From assembly GCA_020891255.1 (NCBI GenBank), contig BQFW01000001.1, forward strand, positions 2,728,001-2,792,000: 64,000 nucleotides of DNA, written 5' to 3'. Shown here in pieces: positions 10,032-19,399 of the stretch. Position numbers and translations under genes: made by a program. The notes beneath the pieces are model-generated. The model made no database searches. It saw nothing but the letters and a program-made list of their open reading frames with translations, and had not been told where the DNA came from. The DNA is from Entomortierella parvispora E1425. Taxonomy: Eukaryota; Fungi; Mortierellomycota. Numbering within the stretch: the stretch's first letter is position 1; each line of letters opens with the position of its first letter.

Positions 10032-12315
10032 CTACAGCCGCTTCGACATTTTGATGATATAGCTCTCTGTTGCCAAAGCTGTCGTAATAAATTGCACATA
10101 GTCATCCCTCTGATAGGGCACGTATTCGATATCGTATGTGGTCAAGATCGTCGCCAAAATCAGCCGCATCTCCATCATGGCAAAGTTCTTTCCAACGCAG
10201 TTCCTGGTACCAGCTGAAAACGGGTAAAATGTGAAGTCCTGGATCAAAGGGAAGGCTGATTCATCTGGGATCCAGCGCTCAGGAATGAATTCAGTAGGTC
10301 GAGGGAAGTACTCCTTGTTCCAATGCAGGGATGGGATATTAGCGAGGACAACTGCAGGAAAGAAGGATGTTGTTCATGAGATTAATGAATCGAAATATAC
10401 CCGTTAATCATTTTGACAAAAGTGGACGCTTACTTGTTCCTTTGGGAATGTTGTATCCACCCATCACTGTGTCTTCTGTGACCTCTCGAGGAAGACCTAA
10501 TATGTCATACCAAGGTATAGAGTGCCCGTGTTAGATTCAACTCCTTGAGGCACAAAAGGCAACAAAAAATAACAAGGTAGCCACCAAGTGCATTTACCTG
10601 TCGCAGCAACAGGTCGCAGACGCATCGACTCGTTGATGCAAGCCGTCAAATAGGGTAGATTTCGGACTTGGTCGTAGGTCGGCAGGGCGCCGATCGGGTT
10701 ATTGGCCGTTGCCTGGTCCAATTCTCTCACCAAGCGGTTGAGTGTGCGTGGATTCTTGACCAGATACATCAACGTGTTGGTCATGGCAGTGGATGAAGTC
10801 TCGGATCCAGCGATCCTATAATTTTTCATAATTGTCATTGATATCCATGCTATGCTTCATACACGTTCTGAATAAAGAGAGAGGAAAATGGTCCTTACAA
10901 AAAGACGATTGCCTCCGTTTCAACTGCGCGGTCTGTGAGTTTTCCTGCAATCATATCCTCGTATTCGTTTCCTGTCTCTCCATTCCCGTTTGCGCGTTCG
11001 TTGGCTTGTGCATCTATCAAAAACTGTAAAAGATCCGCCCTCTTGCCTTGTTCTCCTGCCTCCCTTCGGACCTTAACCCTCTCAGCGCCGAAGCGGAGGA
11101 ATGAATAGTCCAATGGGAGGAACCATCGCATCCAGGGGTTGAAGGTTTGCTGCATGGATCTCTTCAAGGTTTTGGCCATTTGTCGAGGGATTGGATGGGA
11201 GTCATCTCGAACCATTTGAAAGGACTGACCAAAAGCCGTCTCTCCAATAATGTCAAGTGAAAGTCTGTTCATAAAAGAGCAAACGTTAATTTGACCCTTG
11301 GGAAGGATCTTGGTGCCCTTTTTGACGGATCGAGGGTCTTCTAGGATCTCGTCGATTTTTCGGATGAGGACGTGGATACAATCGTGCATGACGGGCTCTA
11401 GAGAGCGTAGATATTGCAGTCCAAACGCAGGTGCCACTAGTCGTCTCTATTTGTTTTCAAAGATGAACCATACAGGGTCAGTCCTTAGTCGGTCCTGTGG
11501 AGCTGTGGGGTAGTTGATATCTTTTGAATTCCGTACCCTGTTCTTGTGGAAATCCTTGTTCCTGGATGAGAACAGATTGTGCTGATTGTAAAGTTCGAGT
11601 CCCTCGTGAATCTCGCTCTTTGGGAAGTCGGATGTAACCAAGATCTCACGGACTGCATCTTTATCCGCGATCGAAACAATGTTGGGCGCTAAAAGTCAAG
11701 AGGGCAAGATCAGCAAATGAATCCAGTTTGAACAATCATTCTGTCTGCTGGTGGATCTAGTGCTGCCAGTGATGGCCTTTTGGCAAAGGTCAATAGAACT
11801 TGCCTACTCGAACAATGTTTCCGTATCTCTTGTGTGTTTGAGGTAAGAAGTAGTGACTATGAGGATCAAACGATCAACTGTTGATTAGATGCTGTGGCCG
11901 TTGATCCGTCTGAAACAGGAGCCGCGTCATCCATGCCCACCTGCGTCCTGACAATACGCCAAGGGCCGTGAAAAGGTATGTCGACGAAAGGATACTGGAA
12001 GGGATATGACTCAACGGGTGAAAGTAACGGTTGGTAATAGCCTGCTCCGAACGGAATAGAGGGTTGAGCATAGAGTCCCTGTTAGTCTTGAACTGGGTCC
12101 CGAAGAAGATGTATCAAAGAATATAGCTGGTGAGTCCTCCTGTATAGCTGCATGTCGACGTGTACCTTTCTGAGTGCGTTCAGGACAGCAAAGGTGATGA
12201 GGAGCCGAGCCAGGATGCGTGGCTTCTTTAGATCCTGCACTGTCTTTGGGTATTTGTCGAGAGATGCCGAGAGTATCCCGGGCAGGTCCGCGAGTAACTT
12301 TGAAACGGCGGCCAT
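10032..12315 (-). CDS. Cytochrome P450 (E-class group I type), multi-exon
   Basis: YFHPLSHIP after the N-terminal anchor, I-helix FLIAGSETSST, K-helix ESMRLRP, FIPERW and heme motif FSAGTRNCVG. Exons join across GT-AG introns. Confidence 0.92.
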
Positions 12316-12360
12316 GGTCTTTGTCCTCTGTCGCCCGTACTCCTGTCTGTGGTGTGTTCC

Positions 12361-12391
<31 letters not shown>

Positions 12392-12428
12392 AGGAAGGGA
12401 AATTAAGGATGGATGCAGCGGAAGAGAC

Positions 12429-12464
12429 AGAAAGAGAAAGAGAAAGAGAAAGAGAAAGAGAAAG
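12429..12464. repeat. (AGAAAG)n hexanucleotide repeat, preceded by a poly-A run at 12361-12387
   Basis: Directly visible upstream of the P450 start. Confidence 0.9.
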
Positions 12465-13355
12465 AAAAAGGGAGGACCGATCGGACCGAGTGGACGTCCA
12501 GAGAACAAACAAAAGTGTGGGGGGCAGAGCTAAAGTGGCGTCCAGCCGAGTGTGTGATGGGAGAGGGAGGTGTGCCATGAGGTGTGCCATCAGTGAGCAC
12601 TCCTTTGTGTCTCTCTCGGGAGAGAGACTCTTTTTTTTTTTTTATTTTTTTTTTTATTTGCCCCCCTTCTTGTCGCGAGGTCGGTTGCACAGACAGAGAG
12701 CCAGTTGCTACTTGCTCGTTCTCGCTCTCGGCTGATTTTGATCATGCTCGCAGTCAGTCCGTCTGTCTGTCGTGGATCCGAAACGTCCGTTCCTGCAGGA
12801 GATGTTCCCTTCACGTCCCGTAGACTACAGTACGCGTTGAATCGGCTGCAGGATGGGGGCAGCGACTCTTTTTTTCATCTCCGGAAAGAGACGCACTCCT
12901 TCGGGTCAGATCCGGCCGAGTGATGTCACCCACACCCTCATTCGCTCCATCTTTCCACTTGCCACCCCCTGTTTTGGTCAAACAAGTTTAGATGTTGTGT
13001 TGTTCCTTGTTCGTTGTTCGTCAAGATAGGATAACGGTAGCACGTTGTTGCGATCTGCACCTTGTGGCTTTACACTGCCCTTTATTTGTCGTGACACAAC
13101 ACAATGGCGATGCAGGAAAACAAGATCGTTGCCTGGGTATTCCAGCAAGGGCCTGGATTGCCGACTTCTACGGCTAAACCGACAGCTGGATCGACCTTTG
13201 GAAAAGAGGTTGGGCGAAGTCCAATTGATGAAAGATATTGCAACAGCTTTTCCCCTTTTCTTTGTCTCCCTTCTTTATTCCTTTTTTTCTCTCTTCTACA
13301 CACCTTCTTTTCCCCCTGTCCGTACTGTCTTTCACATACCATCTTATACCTGCCA

Positions 13356-15056
13356 ATGACACTCGTCGATAATCTCAACATACTCCGAGTGACCTACCAA
13401 GGCGAGGTCAACTGCTACCTCGTACATAAAACCCTGGAGCACTGCAGCTGCTCGACCTGCAAAGGTTGGATCTCCCGCGAGAAAGCCGAGCATTTTCTCG
13501 ATGACACGCGAACCTTTGGCTACATCACCTTGAAAAAGGATGATCGAGAAAGATCATTCTACCTCTGTCCAACGCAAACCTTCCACATGAGCTTGGTGTC
13601 ACAATTGGCTGTCAAACACAGCACCCCCATGACCATGGTTATTCGTAGTGGTGACCAAAGGTCCACATGGAAAGACCAGCTCGCAGTCGGCTCTAAAATC
13701 TACGGGTCAGTCTCGATCAAGGTCCATTCTCATGTCGTTCAAAACTCGCCCATGGTTTTGAAACATAACCGTACCCGATCTCCGAGCAGGCTCAAGTTGA
13801 CATTTCGAGGGCCACAAAAGAGCTGCTTGATCTTTTCAACGACAAGCAAGTGCCGATGCGACACTTGCAAAGCCTGGATACGCTGCGAGACCTTGCCCTT
13901 TCTCGACACAAGAAAAAACAAGTATGGCCTTGTTACGTTCGAGCAGGTCCCGCTGGAGATCAGAACGTTTGACTTTTGTTGGAACCACATCATGAAAGTA
14001 ACGGCGGTTCAGTGGTCAAGTCGGCATCTGTTTCGAGAGCAACACCTCCAAGTCACCCTCAAGGGCTGGAAACAAGGCGCCATCTACCGGGATATTGGAA
14101 AGATTGGCACTGGCACTTTTGAGATTAGGATGGAGGTCTACAGTGTCAGTGACATGCTGCCCCACTACAGTGAGGTGCCGACTACCCAAACTACGTCCCA
14201 GCAACCTAAGCATCCGATCTTTGGTCCTACTGAGAAAGGACAAGGTGATCTTGCGCCCTGCAAACAGGGTGAAACGAAGCTATCAGAGAGCTTTGCAGCA
14301 TCATCATCTGGGGGTGAGCGACTCCATCGTCGTACTGAGGTTTACGATGACGAGCTCCCTGAGTACCACGAGATCGATGATCTGTCTAGCAACATATCGG
14401 GCCCAAGCTCGGTAGCGACAATACATTCAGTAGACCCTCATTCCCCAACACGATCTTTGGATTATATCCCAGAGTACTCATGGCCGCCTGCCTCTGCGAG
14501 CAGCTCATCCCTGCCTCCACGCCAGCTCGGGATCAAGTATGTTGGCAGTAGAAAGGGGCTTTTAGTCTTTTATACAAAGTCTCACTGCAATTGCGTCGTC
14601 TGCAACGATTGGATGAGTCTACAACTTACCCCTTTCAAGAAGGGCCAAGGAGCCTACGGCGTCATACCTTTCGAAAGACGATCAGAAGAGAGGGTGGTTG
14701 ATATCTGCTTCAATCACACCATGGCAATGGGCGTGGTTCCTTGGTCAGACCGTTATAGTGCAGAGAAGGTGGATATGAGTTTGGAGGTCAGTGGCCAGCA
14801 CCAGAACAAGTCATGGCGGGATGTGGTCGGGGATGATGTGGATTCTTGCAAAATCACCTTGAAGGTTTGTGCGATCACCCTCGAAAAAAAACGAAGGTCG
14901 ACGACGATGGCGCGGACTGTCATGAACGGGGCTTGGTCAACCGAGTCAGAGCTTATGTTCCGAGGGAGTGATAGTTGCTATCGAGCTTTTCAAGCCAAGG
15001 TCGACTGTGGATGCACCATGTGCGAATTTTGGAAAGCACAGCGAAAAGATCTTTAA
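13356..15056 (+). CDS. Unrecognised protein with three complete and one truncated ~120-aa CxCxxCxxW repeat; probable start at 13356 (ORF open from 13104)
   Basis: Long intronless ORF. Motifs HCSCSTCKGW, KCRCDTCKAW, HCNCVVCNDW and DCGCTMCEFW sit in alignable contexts. The 13104-13355 extension is largely CT-rich UTR-like sequence. Confidence 0.75.
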   Translation: MTLVDNLNILRVTYQGEVNCYLVHKTLEHCSCSTCKGWISREKAEHFLDDTRTFGYITLKKDDRERSFYLCPTQTFHMSLVSQLAVKHSTPMTMVIRSGDQRSTWKDQLAVGSKIYGSVSIKVHSHVVQNSPMVLKHNRTRSPSRLKLTFRGPQKSCLIFSTTSKCRCDTCKAWIRCETLPFLDTRKNKYGLVTFEQVPLEIRTFDFCWNHIMKVTAVQWSSRHLFREQHLQVTLKGWKQGAIYRDIGKIGTGTFEIRMEVYSVSDMLPHYSEVPTTQTTSQQPKHPIFGPTEKGQGDLAPCKQGETKLSESFAASSSGGERLHRRTEVYDDELPEYHEIDDLSSNISGPSSVATIHSVDPHSPTRSLDYIPEYSWPPASASSSSLPPRQLGIKYVGSRKGLLVFYTKSHCNCVVCNDWMSLQLTPFKKGQGAYGVIPFERRSEERVVDICFNHTMAMGVVPWSDRYSAEKVDMSLEVSGQHQNKSWRDVVGDDVDSCKITLKVCAITLEKKRRSTTMARTVMNGAWSTESELMFRGSDSCYRAFQAKVDCGCTMCEFWKAQRKDL

Positions 15057-15487
15057 AAATAGAATGACGCGACACTTGAACACGAGAAGACGCGAGTTGT
15101 TTTCCTTTTTTTTTGTGTGTGTCTTGCAACTGGTTGACGCCCACAGCTTTGCCATTCTTCTGGTAGCTTCTACCCCTTGTTACCTTTGCTTTCTATTTCA
15201 GGCACAGCACAGCCGAACAAAATGGTTTCTGTCCCCCCAAATGACTTTCTGGCCGTGCGCTGTACTTTTAGAGTCGACTGAGCAAGAAGCAAACCCTTGC
15301 CCCCCTGGGCCGACTTTGCCAGTAACAAACGGCTCAAATATATATATATGTGTCCATCCTTTTGTCCTCTCTCTTCCCTCCCTCCATTTCAACAACTTTT
15401 TTCTTCGCCAATTGGTAGGTGTGTTGCAGATCCCCTTTTTTTTATTGTTACAATCGCTGCTGACTTGTTCTCACAAGGACATTCTTA

Positions 15488-17110
15488 ATGAAGCATTCCT
15501 CCATCAGCAGACAGCCTTTGTCCATTAAAGTCACAATGAACAATTGCAACACCCTGAGATTCAGCCGCTATAGTGGCGAACGCGCCTTGCCTTACTACGT
15601 GTGCTATCGCACATATCGCGACTGTGGATGCGGCATCTGCAATTGGTGGATCCAAGGCGAGAAACGAGCTTCCACAAATAACGACCGTTACAATTTCGGC
15701 GTATTGGACTCAACAGACAACGAATTCAGTGAGACGATCGCCATCTGTCCTAATCAGACCATAAAGCTCAAAATTTTCCCTGGACTCGCCTCCGAAGTCA
15801 TCACTATCAAAGACGGCGATCTGAATTTGGAAGTCGAGGGGAATCGCGCGGAAAAACTGCAAGATATGCATATGCTCAAGGGTCGGCGCTACGACTTTTC
15901 TGTTGAAGTTTACTCTCATGTCGTCCGGAGGTCTTCCGTGGAACATAAGCCAGCTATCGAGCAATCGTCTGCATCGGTAAAGTTTACCCCTGAAATTACC
16001 GATACGTGCCGTTTAGCTTGGTATTCACGATCCGACTGTAAATGCGACAAGTACATCAAGCTCCGGAACAGACAGAAGAGCAAACTTTTCGGTGAGAACG
16101 ATGATCGAAACGTTTATTTAATTAGTCTCGTCCCAGGGAGCGTTAAAAAACCTGTTGAGATTTGCAATCATATGGAAGTTCGAATGCGTCTGGTCAAGAA
16201 GTCGCAAGCTAGCAGTATCCGCTTCAGCGACCTTTGCATGGTTGTCAGGGGCTGGAGACATGGGGAAGTTTTACAAGACAAGGCGATGGAGGGCTGTACG
16301 GTCAAGATCGAGGTCCTGAAAGTAGAAACGACGCCTCCAATTGAAAACAGCACCACAGGCACCACAGACACCCCTCAAGTGTTAGTTCCTCACACGTCGT
16401 CCAATCAAGAAATGGTCGAGACCCCCCATCAACAGCACCACGATATCGCGCAGGTAGCCTCTGAAAGCGACGACGCGTACAAAGTGGAAGTCCAAGGAGA
16501 TCCACGAGATTCAAATCAAGAAATGGCCGAGGCCCCCCATCAACAGCACCAAGATATCGCGCAGGTAGCCTCTGAAAGCGACGACGCGTACAAAGTGGAA
16601 GTCCAAGGAGATCCACGAGATTCAAATCAAGAAATGGTCGAGGCCCCCCATCAACAGCACCACGACGATATCGCGCAGGTAGCCTCTGAAAGCGACGACG
16701 CGTACAAAGTGGAAGTCCAAGGAGATCCACGAGATTCAAATCAAGAAAGAGTCGTGGTCCCCAGCCAACTCACCCAAATCATTGCGGAGGAAGCCTCTGA
16801 AAGCCAGGACGACTTCAGACTGGAGGAGGTGATACGAAGAGATCCGCAAGATTTGAATCGGTCTGTCGAGACAGCCGCGCCTCTGGCATCATCCAGATCC
16901 ACTATGGCCGTCATCTCAGGAGCACCTGTTAGGACCCCACAAGAAAATATTGAACTCCAGCGATTCGACGCAAACGGTGGCGTGCCCAGGTCGCCAGAGT
17001 ACCAGGACTCGCAATCGGACGAATCAACCTCTTCGGAAACCAGCCCTCCAGTCATGGATCTCATCGCAGCGCCATCAAACACTGTCGAGCTTCCTACCAC
17101 CACTTGGTAA
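15488..17110 (+). CDS. Paralogue of the preceding gene: two CxC(xxC) repeats plus an acidic C-terminal tandem repeat
   Basis: 540-aa ORF with DCGCGICNWW and SDCKCDKY in the same domain context. VEVYSHVV matches IKVHSHVV of the upstream ORF. Start is 15488 or 15536. Confidence 0.75.
   Translation: MKHSSISRQPLSIKVTMNNCNTLRFSRYSGERALPYYVCYRTYRDCGCGICNWWIQGEKRASTNNDRYNFGVLDSTDNEFSETIAICPNQTIKLKIFPGLASEVITIKDGDLNLEVEGNRAEKLQDMHMLKGRRYDFSVEVYSHVVRRSSVEHKPAIEQSSASVKFTPEITDTCRLAWYSRSDCKCDKYIKLRNRQKSKLFGENDDRNVYLISLVPGSVKKPVEICNHMEVRMRLVKKSQASSIRFSDLCMVVRGWRHGEVLQDKAMEGCTVKIEVLKVETTPPIENSTTGTTDTPQVLVPHTSSNQEMVETPHQQHHDIAQVASESDDAYKVEVQGDPRDSNQEMAEAPHQQHQDIAQVASESDDAYKVEVQGDPRDSNQEMVEAPHQQHHDDIAQVASESDDAYKVEVQGDPRDSNQERVVVPSQLTQIIAEEASESQDDFRLEEVIRRDPQDLNRSVETAAPLASSRSTMAVISGAPVRTPQENIELQRFDANGGVPRSPEYQDSQSDESTSSETSPPVMDLIAAPSNTVELPTTTW
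16403..16860 (+). repeat. Coding tandem repeat: 111, 111 and 114 bp near-identical units plus one degenerate unit
   Basis: Unit starts aatcaagaa at 16403, 16514, 16625 and 16739. Encodes NQEMVETPHQQHHDIAQVASESDDAYKVEVQGDPRDS. Confidence 0.95.
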
Positions 17111-17471
17111 ACTGTTGAGATGACAATGAATAGCATCTTAGCTAACCGACGCGACGGCTGAAGCATGGTCGTAATCGTAAACAACATCAGCCATATTTTG
17201 GCACATTCGAAGACTTATTAAATACAATAAAATTGCGGTAGATCTGAGATGAAGCTCCAAAGCCTTGCGTTTTTTTTTTAATCTGACTGTGCACCATACC
17301 GTATGCTCACCAGTACCTGAACCAACGTGGTCGAACCTTCGCCTTACGTACTTGGCCACGATGAGCCAACTCAAGAAAAACCACACTGGGGCGAGAGGAA
17401 ACTCGCCCACGACGACGCCTTGGATCAAGCAGGATCTGGATCGACGCAATAAAATAAAAGTTGGTTTTATT

Positions 17472-19151
17472 TTAAACAACATATACGCCCTCGGGGCCAA
17501 AGACGCATGCCCCACCGTCCCTGCCTTCCAGAATCTTTCGACGGGCGTTATTGGTAGCAAGACAAAGAGAATTGAGTTTTCCTGTGATGGTCTCCAAATG
17601 TTCCCAATGTTCCTTCATCCACAAAGCATCCTCCTCCGTTATGATCTGGTTCGTGCCAGTCAAGGCCAAAATTCTCAGATTGCGCCACCCTTTTAGTTTG
17701 TCAAGGCCATTCTTCAGTCCAAGCTGCAGGTCGCGAACTTCCCCATGGAGGGCTTCTCGACGCTTACGAATAGGATCAAGGGACACTCTTGCCTCGAGGT
17801 CAAAGTGTTGGATGCGTCTAAGGGTCCCCAGACGCTCAATTATCCCCCTTGGGTTTGCTTCATCGTCCAGCACTTCCAAGGCAGTCGTGCAGGCCAAGGT
17901 CGAATCAATGGCCTCTTCTGTTAATGTCAAAGTCGTTGCGGTTGTTTCTGTGGCTGTCGATGGCGATGATGATGGCTGCTTGGTAGAACTTTCCCAGATA
18001 CTCACATGTAGCTTGATCAGACGCAAACAAACCCATGGCCGAGGATCCTCGATCACGTCCTTCTCGTCGAGATACTTGGCCGAAAAGGACTCGAGAAGAG
18101 GCAATCTGCAGAGTATATCTTGCACCATATGACTCTCGACATTGGTCAAAGAATACAAATCCAGCGATTGTAATGTGGACCCAAAGTGACTTATGATCAC
18201 ATTCAAGGATCGATTACCGGTCCAAAAAGGCGCCCCCCGAAAGTTCTTGAGACGCACCATTCCCGATGAAATTTTTGATTGCAGATACGGCAAGAGAAGG
18301 TCATACTTCTCTTTCGGAGAGGACCCAGAGTTTAAGAAGATACTGTGCAACTTCGGGCAATGCTTCGCTTGTGCTGCGAAAAAGCCTCCCAGGTCATCCT
18401 GAGAAGCGGTTTGACGCGGGGTCCACGAAAGGGACTCAAGATCGGGGCACCATTTCAATAAAGCCAGTTGATCTAAGCAGCAAGACATGTTGAACATTAG
18501 CCTGAGTTCCTTGATGGTCGAGGGCCATAGTCCTTCCTCGAAGGCGTGAGTGTGGTGGCCCTTGCGGCACTGCTCAGGGTCATCTTTCTCTCCGAATGCC
18601 ACAAACTGCAGCTTCAAAAAGGTCAAGCGCGACCAAGTCGGCCAGCACCACTTTCGCCAGCTCTGTTGACTGATAGTGACTCTGGCCAAAGACAAGAACG
18701 TCAATGACGGACAACCTGCGATGATCTCCCATAGACAGTCTGACTCTTGAACGGACAGTGTCTTCCCTGAAGCCCTGTCGAGCTGTAACCTGGTGAGCGA
18801 CTGGGAATGTAGACGAACAAAGTCGATATGGGAGGCAACATCCGCTTGACGGAGACAAAAGTCCGAAAGGACTGGAAATATCAAGGTCCGGAAGGAGGAG
18901 AGATCCAAGTCTGTGCAATAGATGGATTTCACGAGCTTAGCGTATTGTGTCAAGGTCGTGAAGGCCATTGGTTTTGACTTCCGGTAAGACGAATTGGTTG
19001 TGAATTCGAGGTTGCGCCAGAGAAAGGGAAGGAGGTCGTTGTGCCAATCGCGGCTGACGCGCATACAGACAGCGAGCACTGGACGCGTCAAGAACTGCGC
19101 TACGTGAATTCTAATCTCGGGCAGGTCAAGTGCGGACATTGCCACAGTCAT
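17472..19151 (-). CDS. F-box/RNI-like LRR protein, subfamily A copy 1
   Basis: Intronless 559-aa ORF with ALDLPEIRIHVAQFLTRPVLAVCMRVSRDW (F-box-like), LRR-like repeats, and C-terminal LGLKNGLDKLKGWRNLRIL...WMKEHW. Confidence 0.85.
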   Translation of the reverse strand: MTVAMSALDLPEIRIHVAQFLTRPVLAVCMRVSRDWHNDLLPFLWRNLEFTTNSSYRKSKPMAFTTLTQYAKLVKSIYCTDLDLSSFRTLIFPVLSDFCLRQADVASHIDFVRLHSQSLTRLQLDRASGKTLSVQESDCLWEIIAGCPSLTFLSLARVTISQQSWRKWCWPTWSRLTFLKLQFVAFGEKDDPEQCRKGHHTHAFEEGLWPSTIKELRLMFNMSCCLDQLALLKWCPDLESLSWTPRQTASQDDLGGFFAAQAKHCPKLHSIFLNSGSSPKEKYDLLLPYLQSKISSGMVRLKNFRGAPFWTGNRSLNVIISHFGSTLQSLDLYSLTNVESHMVQDILCRLPLLESFSAKYLDEKDVIEDPRPWVCLRLIKLHVSIWESSTKQPSSSPSTATETTATTLTLTEEAIDSTLACTTALEVLDDEANPRGIIERLGTLRRIQHFDLEARVSLDPIRKRREALHGEVRDLQLGLKNGLDKLKGWRNLRILALTGTNQIITEEDALWMKEHWEHLETITGKLNSLCLATNNARRKILEGRDGGACVFGPEGVYVV

Positions 19152-19399
19152 TTATCCCTGGAGGTGAGTAGATGGGGGAATGAACGGAGAATGAATGGAG
19201 AAATGGAGGAATGAATCCAAGAAAGTGATGAGAAATGAATCATGCATGTCCCCTCTAGTGAATAGGGCACACTGCCACATTTAGCCCTCTTTTTGCGCCC
19301 ACCATCTCTGCCACGGGCATCTCAACTGAGTGCCAGCCCCTCGAGGCCTGCAGACTGGTCCATTTTTCATAAAAAGCAATGATGGAGGCTGATATCTAT

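Noticed and set aside
12127-12165. 39-nt GT..AG mini-intron in the P450 5' region
   Set aside because: It leads to a stop at 12082. The longer intron ending just before AITNRYFHP gives the correct P450 N-terminus.
13104-13355. 84-aa N-terminal extension of the first Cys-repeat ORF
   Set aside because: Much of it translates a CT-rich tract (FSPFLCLPSLFLFFSLL). The paralogue aligns only from about 13356. An upstream exon is not excluded.
16302-16739. Antisense ORF with a three-fold repeat
   Set aside because: It is the shadow of the 111-bp coding repeat on the + strand.
13356-17110. Cys motifs as CxC domains of KDZ/Zisupton transposons, or as metallothionein
   Set aside because: Each unit has only 3-4 Cys in a long beta-rich context, and there is no transposase core or terminal repeat nearby.
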